This document shows, piece after piece, positions 9,646-16,869 of a stretch of DNA of 64,000 nucleotides. The DNA is taken from NCBI GenBank assembly GCA_965263035.1, contig OZ253580.1, positions 4,256,001-4,320,000 of the forward strand. The letters are read 5' to 3'. The notes beneath the pieces are model-generated. The model made no database searches. It was not told the DNA's origin and saw only the letters and a list, made by a program, of their open reading frames with translations. Each line of letters starts with the position of its first letter. Position 1 is the first letter of the stretch. Position numbers and translations under genes: made by a program. The stretch comes from Acidobacteriota bacterium. Its GTDB lineage: Bacteria; Acidobacteriota; UBA6911; RPQK01; JAJDTT01.

Positions 9646-9688
9646 CATTTAAACAGACAAGCGGCGGTTTCCAGCCGCCGACCTCCCC

Positions 9689-11725
9689 ATGAACGGTAAC
9701 CCGACAAGTCTCATGAATACGTCCTCACAACAAATGCCGAGACTCCCCTATACCGTCCTGAAGATCTGCCTCTGTCTGTCCTGGATGATCGTCCTGCAGG
9801 CCCAGAGCACCAGCCGTCAGCTCACGCCCCTTTTGGAACGGGAAACCCTGGAGCCGGGGTTGCTTCATCACCTGCTCGGAGAATACCTGCTGTCCCGTTC
9901 TCCACAATTGCCTCCACTCCCCAACCGTGCGGAAGAATGGACAGCTCAAGCAAACGACACCCGACGGAAGCTGCTCCGGGACGTCGTCTATCGCGGCTGG
10001 CCCGGGGACTGGGTGGAAGCCCCGCTCCGTTTCCGTGAGGTCGGTCCGCCGCAAGAACACCGCGGCTACCGCCTCCGAAAGCTCCTGCTGCAAATCTTGC
10101 CCGGCCTCCAGATCCCAGCACTCCTCTACGAACCGACGGGAGACCGGCGTCCCCTGCCGGCGGTTCTGAATGTGAACGGCCACGTCCGAGGCCCCGGCAA
10201 GTCCGTCGAGTACAAGCAGAAAAGGTGCATCAGCCTGGCCCGCCGCGGCGTGCTGGCGCTGAATCTGGAATGGCTGGCCTGCGGCGAGCTGTCCCATCCC
10301 GAGAACCAGCACTGGTTCGGCGCTCATCTGGACCTGGTGGGAGCCAACGCCATCGGACTCTTCTACCTGGCCATGCGCAAGGGGCTCGACTACCTGGAGC
10401 GGCATCCCCGGGCCGATCCCAAGCGTCTGGCCGTCACCGGACTCTCGGGCGGCGGTTGGCAGACCATCATCCTCTCCTCCCTGGATGAGCGGGTGGCGGT
10501 GGCCGTGCCGGTGGCCGGCTACTCCGCCCTGATCTCGAGAGTCGAACGGCCGCAGGACACGGGGGACATCGAGCAGAACGCCACCGACCTGCTCCGGGGT
10601 CAGGACTACTCGACGTTGACCGCCATGCGGGCGCCCAAGCCGACTCTGCTGATCTACAACGCCGAGGACGAATGCTGCTTCCGGGCTCCCTTGGTCCGGC
10701 CCTACATCTACGACGACGTCAAGCCCTTCTTTGGCCTCTTCGGAAAGGGAGACCATCTGGGCTGGCATGAAAACACCGACCCCTCGACCCACAACTATCA
10801 ACTGGACAACCGGCTTCAAGCCTACCGGCATCTGTCCCGGCATTTTGTCCTCGGGCCCTGGGACCGGGAGGATCCCGTCGATCGGGAGATTCAGAGCTAT
10901 GAGGATTTGGTGGTCGGTCTCCCGGAGGACAATCTCACCATCCTGGGAGTGGCGCGCCAGTTGGCCGACAGGAAGCTGCGGGAAGCGGACCCGGAGGAAG
11001 GTCGGGCGGTCGAAGACCTCGAGGACCGCAGGGCAAGACTTCGATCGCTGGTGCGTTTCCAGCCGGTGGCAGTCAAGCATGGGTGGGCGCTCCACAACAC
11101 CAAGAATCGGGGGGTGGAATCGTATTCTTATCGAATCCACTTCAGCGACGGACTCGTTGCATCCGCTCTCTGGGGGAAGGGAATCGCCACTGGGGACGGG
11201 GCTCCAGCCTCGATCCTGCTTCTGGACGAGGGCAAGGCGAAGGCGGGCCAACGAGCCTCGGACCGGATCAACCGGGGGGAGCAGGTGCTGGTGGTGGACC
11301 TGATTTTGACCGGGGAAGCGCAGCCCCGGAGGAGGAACGCGTCGGACTCCCACCGCTACGCCCAACTCCTGGCCACGGTGGGGGACCGCCCGCTGGGCAT
11401 TCGAACTTCACATCTGTTGGCCCTGGCCAAATGGCTCAAAGACCATCGCGCCGCGCCGGAGGTCCGAGTCGAAGCCCAGGGTTTCCGGAGCCAGGTCGTG
11501 GCCCTGCTCGGCGCAGCGCTCGAACCCACGGCCTTTTCGGAGGTCAGGGTCGAGATGGGCATGAAGAGCCTAAGCCACCTGCTGGCCAAGCCGGTCCGCT
11601 ACAGCGAGGCTCCGGAACTGTTCTGTCTCGGGCTGTTTCCTGAGTTCGATATGGAGCGCCTGGTTCTCTTGGCCCGGCCCACCCCGGTGGAGCAGCGCTT
11701 CCAGGCGGAGAATTCCGGAGATTGA
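9689..11725 (+). CDS. Secreted alpha/beta hydrolase (acetylxylan esterase-like), copy 2
   Basis: GLSGGG; paralog of 5305-7341. Confidence 0.8.
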   Translation: MNGNPTSLMNTSSQQMPRLPYTVLKICLCLSWMIVLQAQSTSRQLTPLLERETLEPGLLHHLLGEYLLSRSPQLPPLPNRAEEWTAQANDTRRKLLRDVVYRGWPGDWVEAPLRFREVGPPQEHRGYRLRKLLLQILPGLQIPALLYEPTGDRRPLPAVLNVNGHVRGPGKSVEYKQKRCISLARRGVLALNLEWLACGELSHPENQHWFGAHLDLVGANAIGLFYLAMRKGLDYLERHPRADPKRLAVTGLSGGGWQTIILSSLDERVAVAVPVAGYSALISRVERPQDTGDIEQNATDLLRGQDYSTLTAMRAPKPTLLIYNAEDECCFRAPLVRPYIYDDVKPFFGLFGKGDHLGWHENTDPSTHNYQLDNRLQAYRHLSRHFVLGPWDREDPVDREIQSYEDLVVGLPEDNLTILGVARQLADRKLREADPEEGRAVEDLEDRRARLRSLVRFQPVAVKHGWALHNTKNRGVESYSYRIHFSDGLVASALWGKGIATGDGAPASILLLDEGKAKAGQRASDRINRGEQVLVVDLILTGEAQPRRRNASDSHRYAQLLATVGDRPLGIRTSHLLALAKWLKDHRAAPEVRVEAQGFRSQVVALLGAALEPTAFSEVRVEMGMKSLSHLLAKPVRYSEAPELFCLGLFPEFDMERLVLLARPTPVEQRFQAENSGD

Positions 11726-11808
11726 GACACGCGGGACCTTCCTGCGGTGAGACTTTTCCGGTGGAGTCGGCGGCCGGGCGTCTGGTGGATGAAACTCTGG
11801 CTAAAGGT

Positions 11809-11974
11809 CTACCCGCGCCCCTTCACCACCGGCCGCATGGCGCTGATGTGCTCGGGACCCGAAGCGCAGCACCCTCCGATAATCCGGGCTCCCATCCGTT
11901 TCCAGCTCAGGGCGAACTCGGCCATCCGTGAGGGAGTGTATTCGGCGTTCTGCAGAACGTCCGGACCCGAGCTG
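11809..11974 (-). pseudogene. Diverged 3' fragment of the homocysteine S-methyltransferase gene
   Basis: Encodes ..LQNAEYTPSRMAEFALSWKRMGARIIGGCCASGPEHISAMRPVVKGRG*, homologous to about 15655-15816; breaks off at repeat R3. Confidence 0.85.
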
Positions 11975-11982
11975 GACTTCTC

Positions 11983-12007
11983 AGAGAAGGTGACTGTCCC
12001 CTTCTCA
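11983..12007 (+). repeat. 25-bp hairpin repeat R3
   Basis: Exact copy. Confidence 0.9.
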
Positions 12008-12090
12008 CGCCCGTCCTAGGACCTGGACGCACACCGCGCCCGGCGGGACCCGGTGCTGGCGGCACAGCCGTCGGCAGGCTCAAACAAAAG

Positions 12091-12118
12091 CTAGTTCATT
12101 TTCCGTGAGATGAACTAG
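12091..12118. promoter_or_regulatory. Inverted repeat upstream of the P450 (possible operator)
   Basis: CTAGTTCAT-N10-ATGAACTAG in an AT-rich patch. Confidence 0.45.
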
Positions 12119-12199
12119 ACTTGGATCAGGAAGCAACGACCCCTTTCCCGGTCCAGAAGAAGCTGACGATCTTACTTGGATACTCGCACTGAGGAGACG

Positions 12200-13468
12200 A
12201 TGTCACTCGCAATTCGCAAAGCGATACGATCAGTCGCCGCGAACACGATGCTCGTGCGTGAACGCTGGGAGAGCGGTGTCGCATACAATCCGTTGTCGAG
12301 CAGCACCGCTCAGGATCCCTATCCCGTCTACGCGGCGCTACGCGAGCGGGACCCAGTGCACCGGAGCCGCCTGATGAATGCCTGGGTGTTCACGCGCCAC
12401 GCGGACGTGGAAACCATCCTGCGCGACCACAGGCGCTTCAGCAACGATCCACGCAAAGGCAACCTTACGCGCCGCCAGCGCGTCCAACTGCCGCCGGACG
12501 ACGATCTCAGCATGCTGTTCCTGGATCCACCGGACCACAAGCGTCTGCGGGGGCTTGTCAATAAAGCGTTCACGCCAAGGGCGGTGAACGCACTGGAGCC
12601 ACACATCCGAAGTCTTCTCGGGGCCTTGTTGGATGACATCGACGACCCCGCCGGCTTCGATCTCATGGTGGCGGTGGCCCAGCCGCTGCCCGTGATCGTC
12701 ATCGCCGAGATGCTGGGCGTGCCGCCAAAGGACCGCGCCCAATTCAAGATCTGGTCGGACCAGCGTGCGCGCCTTCTGGAGCCGACGATTGACTCCCATG
12801 ACCGCGAGGTCGCCGAGGCCACCTCCAGGACGTTCGATGACTATTTCCGGCCGATCATCAAGGAGTGCCGGGTGGCGCCCCAGGACAACATCGTGAGCGC
12901 GTTGGTCCAAGCGGAGGACGACGGCAACCAGCTGACTGAGCGCGAAACGTTGAACATGCTGCGCCTGCTCTTGATTGCAGGCAACGAAACCACTACCAAC
13001 ATGATTGGCAACAGCATGCTGGCCCTTTTACGTCATCCGGATCAGCTTCAACAACTTAGGGAGAATCCGAGCTTGGTTCCGGCGGCGGTTGAGGAGCTGC
13101 TACGCTTCGACTCACCGGTCCAGATGAGTATGCGGCGCCCGCTCAAGGACTGCGAAGTGAACGGTTTCCCCGTGCGTGAGCGCGAGAATATCGTCGTCCT
13201 GCTCGGCGCGGCCAACCGGGATCCGGATGTATTCGAAAATCCTGATTGGCTCGATTTCGAGCGAAGGGAAGGCAACCACTTGGCATTCGGCCGCGGCATC
13301 CATCATTGCCTGGGCGCCCCTCTGGCGCGTCTCGAAGGCCGGATCGTTCTGGAGACGTTGCTCGAACGCTTCCCGCAGATTAGCCTTCTCACCGAGCGAC
13401 CGCGCTTTCGCAATAGCATCGTGTTGCGCGGCCTTGAATCTCTGCCGCTTTACTGCGTAAGGGCCTGA
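12200..13468 (+). CDS. Cytochrome P450
   Basis: RBS GAGGAG; DPPDHKRLR, AGNETT (I-helix), EELLR (ExxR), FGRGIHHCLG heme motif. Confidence 0.95.
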   Translation: MSLAIRKAIRSVAANTMLVRERWESGVAYNPLSSSTAQDPYPVYAALRERDPVHRSRLMNAWVFTRHADVETILRDHRRFSNDPRKGNLTRRQRVQLPPDDDLSMLFLDPPDHKRLRGLVNKAFTPRAVNALEPHIRSLLGALLDDIDDPAGFDLMVAVAQPLPVIVIAEMLGVPPKDRAQFKIWSDQRARLLEPTIDSHDREVAEATSRTFDDYFRPIIKECRVAPQDNIVSALVQAEDDGNQLTERETLNMLRLLLIAGNETTTNMIGNSMLALLRHPDQLQQLRENPSLVPAAVEELLRFDSPVQMSMRRPLKDCEVNGFPVRERENIVVLLGAANRDPDVFENPDWLDFERREGNHLAFGRGIHHCLGAPLARLEGRIVLETLLERFPQISLLTERPRFRNSIVLRGLESLPLYCVRA

Positions 13469-13757
13469 GCGCCGCCCCTGCCCCTTCTCTCGGGGCGCAC
13501 AGATCAGTTGCGACCTGCCCGCAAAACGGTCCAGAAGAAGATGGCCAGACGCCCCTAGGAAGGGGTCAGACTAGAATAAGATCAACTTATCGTAGTCTGA
13601 AGAACAACTCTGAACCCCCGATTCTCGGCTCCGACCGCGGTCCTGAGCCGTCCCCTTCTAGTCCAACCCGGTGAGCCCATTTCGGCGAGAAAATCACATT
13701 TCCTGATGTGGAGTCGCCGACGAGTGGCGGAGTCACTCCAAGGCAAAAGGAGGTGTC

Positions 13758-14345
13758 GTGATGATGATCCCACCGATGAAATCCTGCCGAATCCAAGTCT
13801 TTGCGTTGGTCCTGGCCGGACTGATCGGACAGCCGGCGCTCGCGGAAGTGATCCCAGGACGCTGGGAGAAGGTGTCCGATCTGGAGTTGAGAACGTCCAT
13901 CACGGTGGAGCTCAAGAACGGGGATCAAGTCGAAGGGCGCTTTAATGGCCTGTCTGCCTCAGAGTTAGAACTTGAGACCCACTCCGCTCGCGCGATGATT
14001 CCGAAAGCCGATATCCAGATGATTACAGCTCCGGCGAAGGACGGTCTGGCCGAGGGAGCCGTAATTGGAACCGCGATCGGAACGGGTTTCGTGGGCGTAG
14101 TAGCTGCGACGTCCGGTCTTAGGAAGGGCCTCGATACCAGTGCAAAAGGAGCGTTGGTGTTCGCCCTCTTTGCAGTGGGAGTTGGAGCCGCACTAGGTAT
14201 AGCTGCCGATGCATCCACAAAGACCGACGACATCGTGGTCTACTTGGCGCCCGGAACTCCTCGGCGTCCCAAGCACGGAGATTCGGAGTGGTGGCCACCA
14301 GAGCCGCCACCGATCAAGGCAGAAGAGCCTGAGGATTCAGAATGA
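13758..14345 (+). CDS. Hypothetical secreted/membrane protein with a glycine-zipper-like region
   Basis: RBS AGGAGG; signal peptide (ALA), small beta domain, two Gly/Ala-rich hydrophobic helices. Confidence 0.65.
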   Translation: MMMIPPMKSCRIQVFALVLAGLIGQPALAEVIPGRWEKVSDLELRTSITVELKNGDQVEGRFNGLSASELELETHSARAMIPKADIQMITAPAKDGLAEGAVIGTAIGTGFVGVVAATSGLRKGLDTSAKGALVFALFAVGVGAALGIAADASTKTDDIVVYLAPGTPRRPKHGDSEWWPPEPPPIKAEEPEDSE

Positions 14346-14453
14346 CAGGGAATGGGATCTCCTCTGACCGATTAGTCCGCGTCACCTTGGACGAATGGAA
14401 GCAGCCCCTGATTTTCTCGCTACTCCCAGCAGGACCACGTCTTCGTACAGTAC

Positions 14454-14478
14454 AGAGAAGGTGACTGTCCCCTTCTCA
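14454..14478 (+). repeat. 25-bp hairpin repeat R4
   Basis: Exact copy. Confidence 0.9.
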
Positions 14479-14502
14479 CGTCGTGTCATAGTGCAATCTC
14501 TT

Positions 14503-14925
14503 TCAGGGAGCCATAAGTACTAGCATGACTACAATGATCGTGGTTGTGATCGTGCCGTGAAACAAACAGAGCGTACGCGACCAGGCTACGCTCCACGTTG
14601 TTCCCACGTTAAACGGGTGAGTGTTCATCGAGAAATCGACCGTTCCATCCTTAGTGTCTCGAACGTGGTCGTAGAGCTTCCGAAATAGGCGCTCTTGGCG
14701 CAGGAAATACGCATCCAGTGCCCAAAACATGACCGCCGGAAGGTACGCCACGTAAACAAAGAACCCGTTGGCATCGGCAGCGGCGAGGGCGAACAGTGCA
14801 GTCACCAATGTGACGGTCCAGCCTTTGACCATGAAAGAGTTTCCAGCCATACGTGTGATGACAGCTTGGATCATCTGGAGGTGTGCGATCTTGGTTTCTG
14901 CGCCGTTACCCATGTTCGGATTCAT
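14503..14925 (-). CDS. Small multi-TM membrane protein (HLQMIQAVITRMAGNSF..KGW family), possibly a defence effector
   Basis: Three hydrophobic helices, W.LDAYFL.QER.FR.LY motif; lower GC than the backbone. Start trimmed from the ORF track. Confidence 0.65.
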   Translation of the reverse strand: MNPNMGNGAETKIAHLQMIQAVITRMAGNSFMVKGWTVTLVTALFALAAADANGFFVYVAYLPAVMFWALDAYFLRQERLFRKLYDHVRDTKDGTVDFSMNTHPFNVGTTWSVAWSRTLCLFHGTITTTIIVVMLVLMAP

Positions 14926-15088
14926 CAACAGAAAACCTACCTGATATCCTGCACGATAATCCGTCCCACGCCTTAGGGTACAACAATTAGCTTTATTGGA
15001 CCCTGACGGTCTTCCCCCTGGTGGCCTCCAGTTCCCCGCGCCTAGACCTGCTGCCGCCGTCCGGGTTCGGATTCCGGAGGGCTTGGTC

Positions 15089-15220
15089 CTCGCGCCCGTG
15101 CTCACGCACTCACGCCCGTGCTCACGCACTCAGAGAAAGCGACTGTCCCCTTCTCAGTCCCCTTGCTTGATAAGAAAGGAGAGAAGGTGACTGTCCCCTT
15201 CTCACGCGGTCCCCTTCTCG
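15089..15220 (+). repeat. Repeat cluster: ~20-bp tandem duplication, hairpin repeats R5 (15132-15156, 2 mismatches) and R6 (15180-15204), plus partial copies
   Basis: CGCCCGTGCTCACGCACTCA twice; AGAGAAaGcGACTGTCCCCTTCTCA; AGAGAAGGTGACTGTCCCCTTCTCA; GTCCCCTTCTC. Confidence 0.85.
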
Positions 15221-15235
15221 CTGGGCAAGGGTAGG

Positions 15236-15634
15236 GTGAAGGCAGGATCGCCGGCCTCGGATCGGATCAACCGCCGGGAGCAAGTGGTGGTGGACCTGAT
15301 CCTGATCGGGGAAGCGCAGCCACGAAGGAGGAATGCATCGGACTCGCACCGCTACGCCCAGCTCCTGGCCACGGTGAGGGACCGCCCGCTGGGCATTCGA
15401 ACTTCGGATCTATTTGCCCTGGCCAAATGGCTCAAAGACCATCACGCCGCGCCGGAGATCCGGGTCGAAGCCCAGGGTTTCCGGAGTCAGGTCGTGGCTC
15501 TGCTGGGCGTTGCGGTGGACCCAACGGCATTATCGGAGGTCAGGATCGAGAAGGGCATGAAAGATCTTACCTGCCTGCTGGCCGAACCGGTCCGGGTGGA
15601 GCCGCGCTTCGATTCAGAGGATTCCGAAGACTGA
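15236..15634 (+). pseudogene. 3' remnant of the esterase (copy 3) with an internal deletion
   Basis: ASDRINR.EQV..DLIL.GEAQPRRRNASDSHRYAQLLATV matches the C-terminal part of copies 1 and 2. Confidence 0.85.
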
Positions 15635-15645
15635 GGCTCCGGCGA

Positions 15646-16635
15646 TCAAGTCACGCCGTGCCCTTTGACCACCGGCCGCATGGCGCTGATGTGCTCGGGC
15701 CCCGAGGCGCAGCAACCGCCGATTATCTGGGCTCCCATCCGCTTCCAGTTCAGGGCGAAGTCGGCCATCCGCGAGGGCGTGTATTCGGCGTTCTGCAGAA
15801 TATCGGGACCCGAGCTGACCTTCTGGTTGGTCAGCATGGGGTGGTTGACCAAGGGCCCGGTTGGGTTGTACCCGAGGTTGGCGTAGGCGCCGATGGGACC
15901 GGAGAAAGCGTTCCGGAGCCGGGGCAATCCGACGGAGATCGCCTCCGGGCTGCTGCACATCAGTAGGATCGCCCCCACTGGGCGTCCCTCCAGAGCCTCA
16001 GCCAAGTCTTCCAGCAGCTCGCCGTATTGCATGGTTCCGTCCGGTCGGATATGCCGAATGCCCAGACACACCGTGGCTCCTGTCTGGGAACAGGCGTCAA
16101 CGGCGGTCAGGCAATCCTCGATGAAGCCCATGTATTCGGCCTGGATCAAGTCCACCCCCATCTCGACCAGGAGACTGGCGTGTTCCGCCCACTCGCGGAA
16201 GCAGGCCTCCCGTCCCATCTGCCGGGTGTCGGACGCCGGAGTCGATTCCGGCGGTCCCTGGAGAGTGGGAGCCGCGATGCCGCCGGCCACGTAGGCCGCT
16301 GGGTTGAGCTTGTTCCGGGCCTTGAGCGCATTTTCGGCGGCCGCCCGTGCGTAACGTCTCCACTCCCCGCCCAACCCGCACCGCTCCAGCCGGGTGGGCC
16401 CCGTCCAGAAGTTGTTGCTGATGATGATGTCGGCCCCGACGCGCAGGTAGTCCTGATGGACCTGTTGCACGACGTCGGCGAATTCGACGTTCGCGGTCGC
16501 CGACCAGGCCTTCAGGCCGTCCGTCGCTCCCAGAAGGACATCGACGCCGCGCCTTTGCAGCTCGGAGCCGGTACCGCCGTCGAGCAGCAGTGTCCGGCCG
16601 TCGTTGAGTCGGTCCAGGATGTGTGGTCTGGGCAT
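15646..16635 (-). CDS. Homocysteine S-methyltransferase family protein
   Basis: LLDGGTGSEL, H.DYL..GADII, IIGGCC Zn-binding motif. Confidence 0.9.
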   Translation of the reverse strand: MPRPHILDRLNDGRTLLLDGGTGSELQRRGVDVLLGATDGLKAWSATANVEFADVVQQVHQDYLRVGADIIISNNFWTGPTRLERCGLGGEWRRYARAAAENALKARNKLNPAAYVAGGIAAPTLQGPPESTPASDTRQMGREACFREWAEHASLLVEMGVDLIQAEYMGFIEDCLTAVDACSQTGATVCLGIRHIRPDGTMQYGELLEDLAEALEGRPVGAILLMCSSPEAISVGLPRLRNAFSGPIGAYANLGYNPTGPLVNHPMLTNQKVSSGPDILQNAEYTPSRMADFALNWKRMGAQIIGGCCASGPEHISAMRPVVKGHGVT

Positions 16636-16869
16636 CGATCGGGTTCCTCCTGCGGTTCAGGATCGACACGCCTCGGGCTGCATCGGAGATCCCGTCCCGG
16701 CCCCATCGGGAGCCAAAATACCACTACGGTCTCGAGCACGTCAGAGCGATCTGTTGCGGAGGCCCGTTCCTGCACTGTCGTCTCAGGGAGAGAAACTCGG
16801 GAGACTGCCCTTGCCCATTGGTGGCGGTTCTGCGGAATAATGGAACCCGCCAACCAGGAGAGAATCGCC

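Larger units (their letters stand above)
8108..9661 (-). mobile_element. IS110-family insertion sequence (IS621-like bridge recombinase element) inserted in a REP-like palindrome
   Basis: Removing 8110-9661 restores the empty-site homolog at about 5268-5310. The CT core (AG on +) is at both ends (8108-8109, 9660-9661); no TIRs. Confidence 0.9.

Noticed and set aside
5305-11725. Esterase duplication as a simple assembly duplication
   Set aside because: The copies differ at many, often synonymous, sites and have distinct flanks. Strain chimerism cannot be fully excluded without reads.
7585-15204. 25-bp palindromic repeats as a CRISPR array
   Set aside because: Spacing is irregular (about 23 bp to 4 kb), the intervals contain whole genes, and no cas genes are present.
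7585-15204. Classical integron cassette array
   Set aside because: No IntI, the repeats lack RYYYAAC/GTTRRRY attC ends and are too short, and host-gene duplicates are interleaved.
16027-16869. N-terminal extension of the 1147-aa ORF
   Set aside because: It overlaps the antisense HMT gene; the RBS and signal peptide point to a start at 16870.
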